Positions 42,315 through 56,936 of a stretch of 64,000 nucleotides of DNA are shown in pieces (position 1 is the stretch's first letter; each line of letters begins with the position of its first letter). Below the pieces are notes generated by a model. It was given only the letters and a program-made list of their open reading frames with translations. It did not search any database and had not been told where the DNA came from. The stretch comes from Octopus vulgaris (Eukaryota). The stretch spans positions 14,260,001 to 14,324,000 of the forward strand of contig OX597836.1 of the NCBI GenBank assembly GCA_951406725.2. The letters run 5' to 3'. The position numbers and the translations under genes were made by a program.

Positions 42315-43257
42315 TATATATATAAACATACGTTCATACATATATATAGCCATAAAAACATACACACACACAAACGCACATATGCTCAGACACACCCATA
42401 TATATGTACGTACGTGTGTGCGTGTGTGTGTATGCGCGTGTGTGTATGTTTGTGTGTGTGTTTGTGTGTGTGTCTCTTTATTAAGAACAAAATCTGAAAA
42501 TGTTTTGAAACCTTTATTATAAAACGAAGAAATTATTTACAGATCTACAAAATGATGCTACCGGTTTCAATTATAAAACATAATCATTCTAAAAGAAAGA
42601 CATTAAAGACTTGAATGAAAATAATCTTTCGTAATAGATTTTAAGTTCACCTATTTTTCATACAAAATTTACATGCCAGCTGTTGCTGGTTTCCCTCTGG
42701 TGACTGTTGTGTCACAGTACTAATAGGAACAGTAGCATTAGTAATGACTTGTCTGTTGTAACACTGATTGTGGTCTACTGTTCCTTCTTGACAATACTGA
42801 TATCAATGAGAGTTTTGCAATGAGGGGAGGATTTGTATAGTGGTTGCGGCAGTAGCAGCAGTCGCTACTGCAACTACTACGATTGCTGCAAAGTAGCAGG
42901 ATCGAACCTGAGATTTCATGATTGCGATGCTTATCTTTTTAGCCATGTCTACGACCGTGTTTTGACCGCATTGTTTCTGGTGTGTGTATGTGTATATAGA
43001 AAGAAACGTAGAGATATACATCCTCATAGATATATATATTTATGTGAGAGTGCACATATGTATATGTGTATATAAATGTGTGTGTGTGTGTGGTTTGTGT
43101 ATGTCTGTGTTTGTATGTGAGAATGTATGTGTGTTGTGTGTATGTTTGTGTGTGAGTGCATATGTTTGTGTATGTGTGTGTATTGTCTGTGTGTTAGTAT
43201 TTGTGTGTGCAGGTGTTGTTTCTGCGTTTGCTTTGTGTGTGTGTATTCGTGCGCGCG

Positions 43258-43296
<39 letters not shown>

Positions 43297-44073
43297 ATGT
43301 GTGTGTGTGTGCGTGCGTGCTTGTCGTTAGTGTATGTGTGCGTAAGTATGAACGCACAAAAAGCATTTCTGAAGCGTAAGACAATGTGCCAGATGTTTGG
43401 AAACATAACTTCCAAATCCACCACCACCACCACCACCACCACCACCACCACCACCACCACCACCACCACCACCACCACCACCACCACCACCACCACCACC
43501 ACCACCACCACCACCACCACCACCACCACCACCACCACCACCACCACTACCACCACCACCACCACCACCACGCGCTGTAGCACCACCACCATCACCACCA
43601 CATCGATTAGCAACATCACCGCCACCACCACCACCACCACCACTACCACCATACCACCATCATCATCATCATCATCATCATCATCAGAACGACAACTACT
43701 GCCACCACCATCAGCACCTGCATCACTGGCAGCATTCCGACCACCACAACCGTCAGCATCTTCACCACCACCATCATCACCACCATCGTCACCATCACCA
43801 CCAACACCATCCCACTACCACCTTCACCATTTATTTCTACATAAAATAATATGCGACCTGCACCTCATTAGGGACCTAAAAACAATAAACAGCACCCTCG
43901 ACAATGGTTCCCTAGTCCTTAAATAAGGGGCGTCCGGAAGAAGAAGAAGAAGAAGAAGGGGGAAGAGAAGGAGGAAGAAGGGGGAAGGAGGAGGAGGAGA
44001 AGACGAAGAAGAAGAAGAAGAAGAAGAAGAAGAAGAAGAAGAAGAAGAAGAAGAAGAAGAAGAAGAAGAAGAA

Positions 44074-44126
<53 letters not shown>

Positions 44127-44238
44127 CAAAGAAGAATGGAAGAAGAATTGAAAGGAGCGAAAGAAAGGCGGAAAGGAGCACAGAAACGAGGAATAGGAAA
44201 AAAAGAAAGAAGGAAAGAAAAATGAATGAAAAGAACAA

Positions 44239-44334
<96 letters not shown>

Positions 44335-45803
44335 GAGGAGGAGGAGGAGGAGGAGGAGGAGGCGAAGGAGATGGAGGCGGTGTGGCTGAGGAACAGAACA
44401 ATTGGGGTCTTATTCGGGTTGCCATTTGGACGGAAACGACGCTGGTAAATACGAACGGAGCGGAGCGTATGTTGGAAGAATGTTGGGAAACGTGGTAAAG
44501 ATGGTGGCGGTGGTAGTTGGACGGCGGTAGTGGTGATGGTTCTCCTGATGTTCGTGTGAGGGTGGTTGTGGTAGTGGTGGTGGTGGTGGTGGTGGTGGCG
44601 GTAGTGTTGGTAGCGGTAGTGGTGGTGGTGGTAGTGGTGGTGGTAGTAGTGGTGGTAGTGGTGGTGTAGTGGTGGTAGTGGCGGTAGTGGTGGTGATGGT
44701 GACAGTAGTTATGGTGGTGGTGGTGGTGGTGGTGGTGATGACGAGGTGACTGAGTTTATATTTGTGTGGGTGGCTATATTTAGGAAGTTTAGAGATAGGT
44801 AAAGTAATGATGATGATGATGATGAAGGGCTAGTAAGAAGTGAGAGCGTGTTTTGTGAAGTTACCCTAAGTATTGAACTTCCTTGGAATATTCTCGAAAA
44901 TACCTGCATATAAGGAATTTTAAAACACCCTCACACATACACATTTATATATACGCGTGCTCACCCACATACGTAAATGCACATGCATGGATGCACATCA
45001 ATATGCACACAAATATATATATATACAGATACGCATGCACACGAATAAATACACATACAAACATACGTACATGCATGCGCACATCCACGTACACACACAT
45101 ATACACATATCTATATGATTGAGGCGAATTTTTAATTTTTCGCAATTCGAGCTTCACATTCGAGCCTAAAGATCGTTATGGCATGAAACTTCAGTTGCGA
45201 GAAAAATATAGTCAGTTTAAATAAATAAACTGATCTGCTAGAAAGAGAAGACCGATTTCTCTCAAAAGGTGCCACGCAGTGGAACTGAACCCAGGACCAT
45301 ATTGGCTGGGAACTGACCTGTAGTTACAGAATAAAATGGGCAACAACAACAACAACAGCAACAATATTAAAACAGTAACTGTAGTCTGTTGAAGCCCACC
45401 CCGTCGAAAACCCTAATAAACCTTTCAACTTTGACAACATCTTTAACAACAATACAGATGACAATAACAACAACGACAACAGCATTATAAGCAATAACAA
45501 CTATTTAACACTGACAATAAACATTATCAGTGAGAACACCGCCCCACCGCCCCCGTAATTTCTTCCTCCCCTTACTTTCGTTTCCACCCCCCCTCTTTAC
45601 AGTCTACCTTCATCGCAATCAGCTTCTTCTCCCTCCCTTCTTCACTATTAAAGCAATATTATGTGAAAGTTGAGCTCCTATCAACAATAAACAGTATTAT
45701 CAGTATGTGTATAGTTTGTCTGAGAATGTATGTATGTGTGTATATATGTGTGATGTTATGTATGTATGCATGTATGTATGTACGTATTATGTATGTGTGT
45801 ATG

Positions 45804-45837
<34 letters not shown>

Positions 45838-45849
45838 GGTAGGTATGGG

Positions 45850-46155
45850 TAGGCGCAGTAGTGGCTGTGTGGTAAGTAGCTTGCTTACCAACCACATGGT
45901 TCCGGGTTCAGTCCTACAGCGTGGCACCTTGGGCAAGTGTCTTCTACGATAGCCTCGGGCCTTGTGAGTGGATTTGGTAGATGGAAACTCAAAGAAGCCC
46001 GTCGTATATATGTATATATGTATATATGTATATATGTGTGTGTGTGTATGTTTGTGTGTCTGTGTTTGTCCCCTTAGCATTGCTTGACAACCGATGCTGG
46101 TGTGTTTATGTCCCCGTCTCTTAGCGGTTTGGCAAAAGAGACCGATAGAATAAGT
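45850..46155 (+). mobile_element. SINE family 2 copy, 3'-truncated
   Basis: Head through GACCGATAGAATAAGTA, then abuts the hammerhead-bearing repeat. Confidence 0.85.
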
Positions 46156-46245
46156 AAAATTCACATAAAAAAAAAACAAAAGACGAAGACAGATGGTGTA
46201 GATAACAAACAAATATATTAGTATAACGCTCGGGAAGTGAGAACG

Positions 46246-46283
46246 TCTTTAACGTTTCGAGCCTACGCTCTTCCACAGAAAGA
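46246..46283 (-). ncRNA. Minimal type-I hammerhead-like motif, CUGUGGA core variant
   Basis: UCUUU-CUGUGGA-A-GAGC-guag-GCUC-GAAAC-GUU-AAAGA, inside repeat ~46156-46333, homologous to 53158-53350. Confidence 0.5.
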
Positions 46284-46361
46284 AACATGGAGAGAAAATA
46301 AAGAATGTGTAGTGACTAGCAATCTATCATGGCATACATATACACATGCACATATATAAAT

Positions 46362-46429
<68 letters not shown>

Positions 46430-47228
46430 ACACACACACATAAATACGCGCACGCGCACTCAGTTTAAGGTAAACATTGCTCTGCTTATTTCAGTCTCTT
46501 TCAGTTTTCTATACCACATGATCACTAATTAGTGTGTGAATATGTGTGCATATATATGTATGTATGCATGTATGTATGTATGTATGTATGTATGTATGTA
46601 TGTATGTATGTATTCATGTATGTATGTATGTATGTATGTATGTATGCATGTATGTATGTATGTATTCATGTATGTATGTATGTATGTATATATGTATTCA
46701 TGTATGTATGTGTGCATGTATGTATGCATGTATGTATGTATGCATGTATGTATGTATGTATGTATGTATATATGTATTCATGTATGTATGTATGTATGTA
46801 TGTATGTATGTATATATGTATTCATGTATGTATGTATGTATGTATGCATGTATGTATGTATGTATTCATGTATGTATGTATGTATGTATGTATTCATGTA
46901 TGTATGTGTGCATGTATGTATGTATGCATGTATGTATGTATGTATGCATGTATGTATGTATGTATGTATGTATGTATGTATGCATGCATGTATGTATGTA
47001 TGTATGTATGTATGTGTGTGTGTATATCAGAGAAAGAAAGAGAGGGGGAGAGAAAGAGAAAAGGATGAGGGAGAGAGAGAGAGAGAAAGACAGACATACA
47101 CGTGTTTGATGACATTTACACCAGTCACCGGTATCGTAAAAAACCCCGCCCTGTACCCACCACCACCACAATTCCTCCTCCTCCTCCTTCTCCTACCCCT
47201 CCTTCTCCTCCTCCTCCTACTACTACTG

Positions 47229-47263
<35 letters not shown>

Positions 47264-47332
47264 GCTACTACTACTACTGATAATGAATGATAATAATATA
47301 AGCATTAACAATACCACTACTACCATAACAAG

Positions 47333-47404
<72 letters not shown>

Positions 47405-47499
47405 TACTATCACTGCCACCGTCACTTATCATCACAATCACTAACACTTGTAGTGAGGAATAAAAACACCTCAAACCTACCACCACCACCTAAAGCAAA

Positions 47500-47626
47500 A
47501 TTTTTTCAGGGGTCCTTAAAATACTATTGTGGGTCCCCAATTAATTATTTTATTGCATAGACCCCCCCCCCCCCAAATTATATATTGACCCTCAGGGGGC
47601 CATATGGACCCCAGCTGAGAGCCACT
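47500..47626. mobile_element. hAT/Charlie-type MITE end
   Basis: GGACCCCAGCTGAGAGCCACTG resembles the reverse complement of the CAGTGGTTCTCAAC-type TIR; subterminal GGGTCC/GACCCC motifs. Confidence 0.55.
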
Positions 47627-47819
47627 GTTCTAAATGGTTCTAAGCCAGCAACTTTGAACGGAAGGGGGGGGGTCAGTCGATACATTCAGCTCCAGTATTA
47701 GACTGATACTTAATATTATCGACCCTGGAGGGATGAAACGCAAAGTTGTCCGCAGCAGGGTTTGAACTCAAAACGTAAAGAGTCGGAAGATATACCGCTA
47801 GGGATTCCACCCGATATGA

Positions 47820-48280
47820 AGGTGCATAGCCTAGTGATTAGGGTGTTGTACTCATGATCGTAAGGTTGTGGGTTCGATTCCTGGACCAGGTGTTGCATCG
47901 TATTCTTAAGCAATATACTTCATTTCTTGTTACTCTGGTTTAGTCAGCAATCAAAGCGCGTGGCTAGGTGGTTAGAGTATTCAGCTCAAGATCATAAGGA
48001 CAAGGGTTCGATACCTGGCGGCGTATTGTGACTTCGATCCAGGCACTTTATTTCACGTTGCTCCGGTTCACTCAGCTGGCAAAAATATGTTGTACCTGGA
48101 ATTTAAAGGGCCATTTCTGTCATATTCTGTGCCTCACGCTGAATTTTCCTGAGGACTACGTTAAGGGTACGCATATCTGTAGAGTGCTTAGCCACTTGCC
48201 CGTTATTTCACGAGCAGGCTGTACCTTTGATCAAGTCAACTGGAACACTCGTTCTTGTTACCAACTGGGTTCCACCCATT
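47820..48280 (+). mobile_element. Two adjacent tRNA-headed, CORE-like SINEs
   Basis: Heads with A/B-box-like TAGCCTAGTG..GGTTCGATTCC and TGGCTAGGTGG..GGTTCGATACC; body shared with 22350-22615. Confidence 0.7.
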
Positions 48281-48334
48281 CTTAAAGCAACTTTGAAGGG
48301 AAGGGGTCAGTCGATACTTTCAACTCTAGTATTA

Positions 48335-48551
48335 GCGGCGAGCTGGGAGAATCGTTAGCACGCCGGGCGAAATGCTTAGCAGTATTTCGTCTGCGGTTAC
48401 GTTCTGAGTTCAAATTCCGCCGAGGTCGACTTTGCCTTTCATCCTTTCGGGGTCGATTAAATAAGTACCAGTCACGCACTGGGGTCAATATAATCGACTT
48501 AATCCGTTCGTCCCCTCTGTGTTTAGCCCCTTGTGGGTAGTAAAGAAATAG
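48335..48551 (+). mobile_element. tRNA-derived SINE family 1 (Meta/MESC-like domain), representative full copy
   Basis: GGCGAGCTGG..GAGTTCAAATTCCGCC head followed by GCCTTTCATCCTTTCGGGGTCGAT. Other copies at ~6715, 6970, 28320(-), 33352, 33543, 37235, 47700(-), 48570-48850(-), 49533, 55196 and 58126. Confidence 0.85.
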
Positions 48552-49119
48552 TATTAGAGTGGTACTTAATATTATCGACCCTGAAAGGATGAAAGGCAAA
48601 TTTGACCTCGGCGGGATTTGAACCCCATAAATTTATCGACATTAGAGGGAGGAAAGTTTTATAACGGAGAGCTAACCGATGTACTTATTTCTGGTGTTTA
48701 ATTTCATCGACCCCAAAAGGATGAAAGGCAAAGTCGACCCCAGCGGAATTCGAACTTAGAACAACAATGAGTTGGCACAAAAAAAAACTGAAATGCATAC
48801 AGCAAAGGAATCTTTTACCCGATGCTCTACCGATTCTGCCAACCCGCCGCCATGATTGAATCTAATAATAAAACCGGAAGTAAACCGAAACAGAACCGAA
48901 CTGATACGTAAGATTACGAAAATAAAAATCTTGTTTCTGTTGTAAGAAGTCAAGCTGTCCGCTTGATGTCAACGTTGTTAAGAAAACACGACCACATCTT
49001 ATATAAATATACAACATTTAATAATTATGAGATTTGTACTACTTGTGATTCTGAATGAATGAGCTAGCTTATTTTATCTTATCTTATCTTATCTTATCTT
49101 ATCTTATCTGTCTGTTTGG

Positions 49120-49193
<74 letters not shown>

Positions 49194-49373
49194 GTCTATC
49201 TATATATCTATAAACGAGTGAGTCTGTGTGTGTGTGTGTGTATTAGCATGCGTATGTATGTAAGCGCACACAAATATTACATCGCTATATTTATTACATA
49301 CATACATGCATACATACATACATACATACATACATACATACATACATACATACATACATACATACATTCATAC

Positions 49374-49459
<86 letters not shown>

Positions 49460-49532
49460 TTCAAATTGAACTTTTGAAAACTCCACCAGAATGGACGAAA
49501 GCGCTATATATAATATATGATATAAGTTATAT

Positions 49533-49764
49533 AGGCGGCGAGCTGGCAGAAACATTAGCACGCCGGGCGAAATGCGTAGCCGTATTTCGTCTGCCGTTAC
49601 GTTGTGAGTTCAAATTCCGCCGAGGTCGACTTTGCCTTTCATCCTTTCGGGGTCGATAAACTAATTACCAGTTATGCACAGGGGTCGATGTAATCGACTT
49701 TATCCCTTTGTCTGTCCTTGTTTGTCCTCTCTGTGTTTAGCCCCTTGTGGGCAATAAAGAAATA
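49533..49764 (+). mobile_element. SINE family 1 full copy
   Basis: Near-identical to 48335-48551. Confidence 0.85.
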
Positions 49765-49984
49765 TTTGTATATACATATATGTATATACAAATAAATATC
49801 TGCAAATATAAAACCTTCCGAATTTCTGAGTACCTCATTTCTTCTAATATAAAATACCTGAACATCATCTCCAAACCTTCTAATATATATATATATATAT
49901 ACGTAAAAGTAAAAAAATATACAAACTGGGACAAGAACGTGAAACATTTAGAAGACGACACAAAAAACACAGACGGGACATTCG

Positions 49985-50039
49985 AAGCCTTCAATCATCA
50001 GTCAAGAACCGGATCATCTTCGCAATTTCGGCTGATTAA
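49985..50039 (-). ncRNA. 5'-truncated family B permuted-hammerhead copy
   Basis: AGCC-GAAAUUGC...UCUUGA-CUGAUGAUUGAAGGCU is homologous to 37655-37709. The strand carrying the cleavage site is replaced by (TA)n. Confidence 0.6.
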
Positions 50040-50134
50040 ATATATATATATATATATATATATATAAGTACATTAAAAGGCCTCTAAAAGAAGAAGCAAG
50101 TCACCGGTAATAAGAATTGATTTTATTACCTTTT

Positions 50135-50199
<65 letters not shown>

Positions 50200-50950
50200 T
50201 ATGTGTGTGTGTGTGTGTTTAAGTGTGCGCATATTTGTAGATGTGTTAAGAATCCAATAGTCTTCGACTGTCGATGTAAAATGTATCAGTAAATCCGTAA
50301 TCTTCATTAATTTAACGAGTCAACGAGTTTCAGTCTGAACAACAAAAAAAAAAAGAGTAAAACAAAAATAAATGTCATTCACATAGTTTTATATCACATA
50401 ACGATATTTTGTTCCGAGTGAGCTTCCATACTTTACCAGCCATTCGCCTTCATTCGGCTGAAGCTGGCGTCTGTCTTCGAATTGGTTCCTGTTTGTTTTG
50501 CAGAGCCGCTTCCTAACTAAACTCATCCTCCTGCCACTTTCTCTTCTCGTCATTTCCTTGCAGTGCCTTTTTTTCTTTTATACGCCACCACCAATCGCTG
50601 TTTTAAACGGTTATTATCATATGTATATATATGTACTGACACCACCTCCCAGTTCTCGACAGAAGGACCTTCACCCACCGTCGTCTTTACCGACATTTTC
50701 CCCCTCAAGACTATTACCACCACCACCGCCACCGCCACTGCCACCACCACCACCTCCACCGCCACTACTATTACTACCACCACCGCCGCCGCCGCCACCA
50801 CCACCACCGCCACTACTACCACCATCACCACCACCACCGCCGCCACCACCACCACCGCAACCACTATAACCACCACCATAACACCACCACCACCACCAAC
50901 GTCGCCACCACCACCACCACCACCACCACCACCACCACTATAACCACCGC

Positions 50951-50984
<34 letters not shown>

Positions 50985-52250
50985 CCCCACAATAACTATC
51001 ATCATATCTAGAACAACCACCAATATTACAACAATCATTAAAACACCGCAACCCCGATCACTGCAGCACCATCAACACAGTACTTGTCTGTCTGCCTGAC
51101 CGCCTGCCTGCCTGTCTGCCTGCTTGCCTGTCTACCTGTCTGGTCTTTCACACGCACACCACACTAATATATACAAGCATCCACGTATATTTATCTGTAT
51201 ATACACATGTATGTATGAATGTATGCGCGCACATGCACACACACATACACATATAGACACAAACACACACATGCACGCGCACACGCAAATACACGCACAC
51301 ACTCACACACAAGCATGTATCCCCCACACAAACACACAGAGGCTATCTCTCTTCTTCTCACACACACATGCATGCACACGCATACACGCACATGCACACG
51401 CACACACACACACACACCCACTCTCACGCACACACAAGCACACACAAATGTCCGCTTGCACACACACGCATGTATACACATACACACACACACAAACATA
51501 CATACATACGCGCACATACACATGCATGCACACTGCGCGCGCGCTCTCACACATACACACACAAACGTTCGCACGCACACACACACATGCACACACACAC
51601 ACGCATGCACACGCACACGCATGCACACGCACATAGACGCATGCACACACACACGCATGCACACACATACACACACACGTACGCGCACACACACACGCAT
51701 GCACACACACACACACTATCTCTCTCGCTTTCTCTCTTTCTCTCTCTCTTTCTCTCACTCTCTCTCTCACACACACACACACACACATACATATATATGC
51801 GTATGATCGTTGAAGACTGCGCATTTAGTATTCACGATGGCTTTTGTATACGACGACCATCTTATCCACTGTCTTCTACATAAACGCACCTCTCCTCACA
51901 CACTCTATCCCAACCACACACACATATAGAAACTTTCTTTACGTTACGAAATTCCGCATTTACGAAAATTATAAAGAATACCCAGTAATTTCGAGAAACG
52001 ATCCGAAATTCCGTTCCTATGGATACTCTTGTGAATTTCAAGAATTCAAATAAACTAAACTCAAGATATGTATAAAAATACACATTTCATTTTTGTAAAA
52101 AAAAATAATAAATACCTGGTGGGATACTTCACGGGTCCATCCCCCCACCCCATTGTTTTTCTTTCTTCATTTTCAGTATATTCTTGTTGTTTACAATTGA
52201 ACTCTTTGAATCTAATTTTCTCTTCCAAAAGCACTTATTATTTTTTTTAG

Positions 52251-52470
52251 GTGTAGGAGTGGCTGTGTGGTAAGTAGCTTGCTTACAAACCACATGGCTC
52301 CTGGTTCAGTCCCACTGCGTGGCACCTTGGGCCAGTGTCTTTTACTATAGCTTCGGGCCGACCAAAGCCTTGTGAGTGGATTTGGTAAACGGAAACTGAA
52401 AGAAGCCCGTCGTATATATGTATATATATGCGTGTGTGTGTATATGTCTGTGTGTCTGTGTTTGTCCCCC
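52251..52470 (+). mobile_element. SINE family 2 5' half
   Basis: GTAGGAGTGGCTGTGTGGTAAGTAGC head and body. Confidence 0.85.
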
Positions 52471-52539
52471 CAAGATTGAGCTGTACTTGTGTTTGTCCCC
52501 CCAACATGGGAGCCGTACTTTTGTGTTCCTTTTATTTTC

Positions 52540-53125
52540 TTATTGTTTTATTTCTTATTTTCCTGGTGGCCGGCCGCTCAACTGTTCAGGAACGAGCTAA
52601 GATAGGAGCACGCTATGAAGTGTGGAATTCCATTGTTTTGGCGTGCATGGAAAGTTAAGCATGCAACACTACGCCCGGAGAGAATAAAAAGTTGTCATGC
52701 GAAGCTGATGACCATGGGCTCTGTGAAGGATGCAAAAATATTTGGCCATCCAACCATATCGCGCTCAGTGGAGAACGTAGCAAAAGTGTAAGAAATGTTT
52801 AATCGCAGCCTGCAAGAATCAACACGTCAAGCAGCACGTGAAAGTGGACTAACGAGACACAATACGTACGGTGTTGAATAAAGAATTGAACTTTCGTCCA
52901 TGGAAATCCTATTACGTGCAGGAGCTAAAGCCTGAAGATTGTGACTGCAGAGGTTCAGAAGTCTAGAAAATCCAGATCTCAGGTGCTTACATTGAAATAT
53001 GAAGATTTATTTTCATTTTGCATGTAATAAAGAACATCTATAATTTATTTCAATAAATTTGTAAAAGGAATATGGGTTTTATTACCAATTTTTAATGCCA
53101 ACTTACTTTTCACCTACCCTCTGTT
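52540..53125 (+). mobile_element. Internally deleted Tc1/mariner relic (DUF4817 HTH type)
   Basis: Degenerate translation ERAKIGARYEVWNS..KLMTMGSVKDAK..STRQAARESGL..LNFRPWK..VQELKPED, then jumps to the GAYIE C-terminus; probable TIR near 53110-53123. Confidence 0.7.
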
Positions 53126-53157
<32 letters not shown>

Positions 53158-53225
53158 GATCTCCATGATAGATCGCTAGCCGCTACACTTTCTTTATTTT
53201 CTCTCCTTGTTTCTTTCTATGTTCC

Positions 53226-53259
53226 TTTCTGTGGAAGAGCGTAGGCTCGAAACGTTAAA
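53226..53259 (+). ncRNA. Minimal type-I hammerhead-like motif, CUGUGGA core variant
   Basis: UUU-CUGUGGA-A-GAGC-guag-GCUC-GAAAC-GUU-AAA, within repeat 53158-53350 flanked by (TA)n. Confidence 0.5.
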
Positions 53260-53482
53260 CACTTTTTCACTTCCCGAGCGTTATACTAATATATTTGTTT
53301 GTTGTCTACACCACCTGTCTTCGTCTTTTGTTTTTTGTGAATTCTCCCTATATATACATACATACATACCCACATGTATTCATACATTCACAGACCCTCA
53401 CACATGCACACGCTCACATACACATATGTGCTTTTATAAATGCATACATACATAAGTACGTATGCGTGTATATATGTGAGTT

Positions 53483-53528
<46 letters not shown>

Positions 53529-55630
53529 TAAATATATATGCACTGAAGGAGAGGGAGAGAGAAGGGAGGAGGGGACGTAAAGAAGATAGGCAGGGGGAGA
53601 TAAATCGACACACCGAGAATATAAACAGCTGGATAATGTAGACGGTAGGTTTGTTGGCTGGTTGGGAGGTAGGTGAAAGTGGGTAAATAACACTTCACTC
53701 CAGGATACATAAAATCACAGAAACACACGCACACACTCTCTCTCACACACACACACAACACGTATGATACATACACATGTTATCACCATAGTGATACTAA
53801 TATAAATACAAATACAACAGTACGATATAATGTTATTTTTTTTATTACTTTTCCAGAAACCAACAAGAAAAGGAAAAAAAACAGAACACAAACATACGAA
53901 AAATATAAAGAAAATATTAAATAATAAAGCGCAAAGACACAAACAATTAGTAACAGTTCAGATCGAATTCAATCACTTCCTTTCCTCGTGTCTTTTTCTT
54001 TTTTTTCTTTTAAATCGATCTCTGGCTGTATTATTGGTTATGAGGAGAAACGAGATGGAGAGTTGAGGCCAAAAGAATCGGTGTCCAGTTTCATTGGTTG
54101 TGTTTTAATGGCTGTGATTATATTTATTATTATCTATAAGGAGTAAATCCATGTTGGAAAGCACTTAAAGTGTAAGGGATTGTAACAGTGGCGGTGGTGG
54201 TGGGGTGACAATGGTGATGGAGGTGACGGGTGTGTGTTGGTCATCGTAGTTGTGATAGTGATGGTGGTGGTAATGGTGGTGGTGGTAGTGGTGGTGATGA
54301 CTGGGCATGGTGGTGATGGTAGTGGTGGGATGACAATGGTGATGGAGGTGACGGGGTGTGGTCATAGAAGTTGTGATAGTGATGGTAGTGGTGGTAGTGG
54401 CGGTGGTGGCGGCGTCGGTGGTGATGGCTGGGCATGGTGGGATGACAATGGTGATAGTGGTGACGGGGGTGTGATGGTCATAGTAGTTGTGATAGTGATG
54501 GTGGTGGTAATGGTGGAGGTGGTGGTGGTGGTGATCATGGTGGTGGTAGTGGCGGTGGTGGTGGCGGCGGCGGCAGTGGTGGTGATGGCTGTGCATGGTG
54601 GTGGTGATGGCTGTGCATGGTGGTGGTGGTGGTAGTGGTGATGGGGATGTGATGGTTATAGTGGTTGTGATAGCGATGGTGGTATTGATGGTGATGGTGA
54701 TTGTGGTGGTGATAATGGTCGTAGTGGTGATGGTGAGGTGTTGGTAATGATGGCTTTAGTACTGATGGTGGTAGTGGTGGTGATGGTGGTGATGATGGTG
54801 GTAGTAGTAGTCGGATGATTGTAGTAGTGACAGTGGTAGTGGACGTGGTGGCAATGATTGTGATGGTTGAGATAAAGATGGTCGTGCTATTGTTGCCCTT
54901 GTACCAATGGTCGTAACAGTGGTAATTGTGTTGGCAGTGGTGGTGGTGACCGTGATGGTAGTGGTATTGGATGTAATAAGTGCCTTAGTGTAGTGGCTTT
55001 CTTTAATCTAAAACTTTTGATATTTCGATTTCGAATTCTCTTCAGGATGAATTTTTTTCCGTGTAGACACGAAGAAAATGTCTCAGCTCTTTGTTTAGAA
55101 TGTTGCATAATGGTGCGAAGATGCAAAGTTTTTCTGCAATACACAAATTTCACCTGTTTGTGCGCGGTTTTGCTTTTAATATTTAATACATTTTAAGGCG
55201 GCGAGCTGGCAGAATCAAATCGTTAGCACGTCGGGCAAATTGCGAAGTGGCATTTCCTCCGACACAGCGTTCTGAGATCAAATGCCGTCGGGGTCGACAT
55301 TGCCTTTCATCCTTTCAGGGTCAATAAAATAAAGACAATTTGAACACTGGGGTCGATGTAATCGACTTACCTCGTCCACTGAACTTGCTGGCCAAGTAGC
55401 AAACTGTAAAACCAATATTTATATTTTATTTACAATAATTAGTTTTGAAATATTTTATAGCAATATTGTCCATTATTTTGCTTTTCGCTTTCTTGATGTA
55501 ATGGTATGTTCAATATCATTTTCCTTGGATCTTTTTATTTGTTTCAATCATTAGACTGTGGCCATACTGAGCACCATCTTGAAGAATTTTAATTGAACGA
55601 ATTTACCCGAGTCTGTATGAAGAGTCTAGT

Positions 55631-55710
<80 letters not shown>

Positions 55711-55954
55711 GAGAAGAGTGACAGACTGGCACAAAGAGAGGTAACGGATAGCCATTCAAATAGTTTGACAGACAAAAATTGATAAATTGATGGAAAAAAG
55801 AAAAAAAAAAGAAAATGGACAAACAGTCAAAAGAATAACTAGAGAGAAAGGAAAGCTAAAGAGTGACAGAGACCAGAAACACACACACACGCACACACAC
55901 GCACGCACACACAGTCACGTATGCACATTCAGACATCTTCACAGATGTTACACG

Positions 55955-56021
<67 letters not shown>

Positions 56022-56088
56022 GTATGTCTGTTTGTCTGTCTATCTATCTACCTTATATATCAATAATTTATCCATCTCTGCTTCTATG

Positions 56089-56126
<38 letters not shown>

Positions 56127-56237
56127 CCTTTCTATCTGTCTGTCTGTCTATCGATCTATCTATCTATCCATCCATCCATCCATCTGTCCGTCTGTCTGTC
56201 TGTCTGTCTGTCCATCCATCCATCCATCCATCCACCC

Positions 56238-56313
<76 letters not shown>

Positions 56314-56896
56314 GTCTGCCTGTCTAATATATACTCACTCCATTTCATTATGTGTGTATTTGTATGAGTGCGTGATTGTATGTGTGCGTGTATGCATGTA
56401 TATAAACCCACATAAATATGTATAAAATACACACGAGCATATTCACCCACATATATATCTATATATCTATACACACAGACATATATTTTACAAGCAATTC
56501 TGTACAATCTATAAGAACAGGATCGGGTATGACAGGAGCAGGAGGAAGCGTTTCATAAAAGAACAGTGTATACGCATGCGCGTGTACATATCAATCCGCT
56601 GCCCGAGTGCGCATGTATCTGCTGCATAAGCATACGACATTCTGTCGTTCAATTGTATATGTGCGGATGTGTTTGAATCTGCGGTGCATATGTGTAAACA
56701 AAATGAATATTCAGGTGTTTTCAAGGTGTTTCTTAGCAGATGTACTTTACATTTACTTTAAGGTGTGGCATTTTGACACAGTAAAACATCTATAAAGTAT
56801 CTTTGAAAAGCTTTTAAGCCCTCGCCTACACCCGTTACCCATAAAAAAAAAAAACCCTACCACGGTCCACAAACTGTATTTTCTTATCCCCTATTG

Positions 56897-56936
<40 letters not shown>

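Noticed and set aside
47820-47890. tRNA-like sequence
   Set aside because: Cloverleaf pairing is poor and it is followed by SINE body; it is a SINE head, not a tRNA gene.
52700-52730. CTGATGA motif
   Set aside because: It lies in transposase coding sequence (KLMT) with no matching GAAA or stems.
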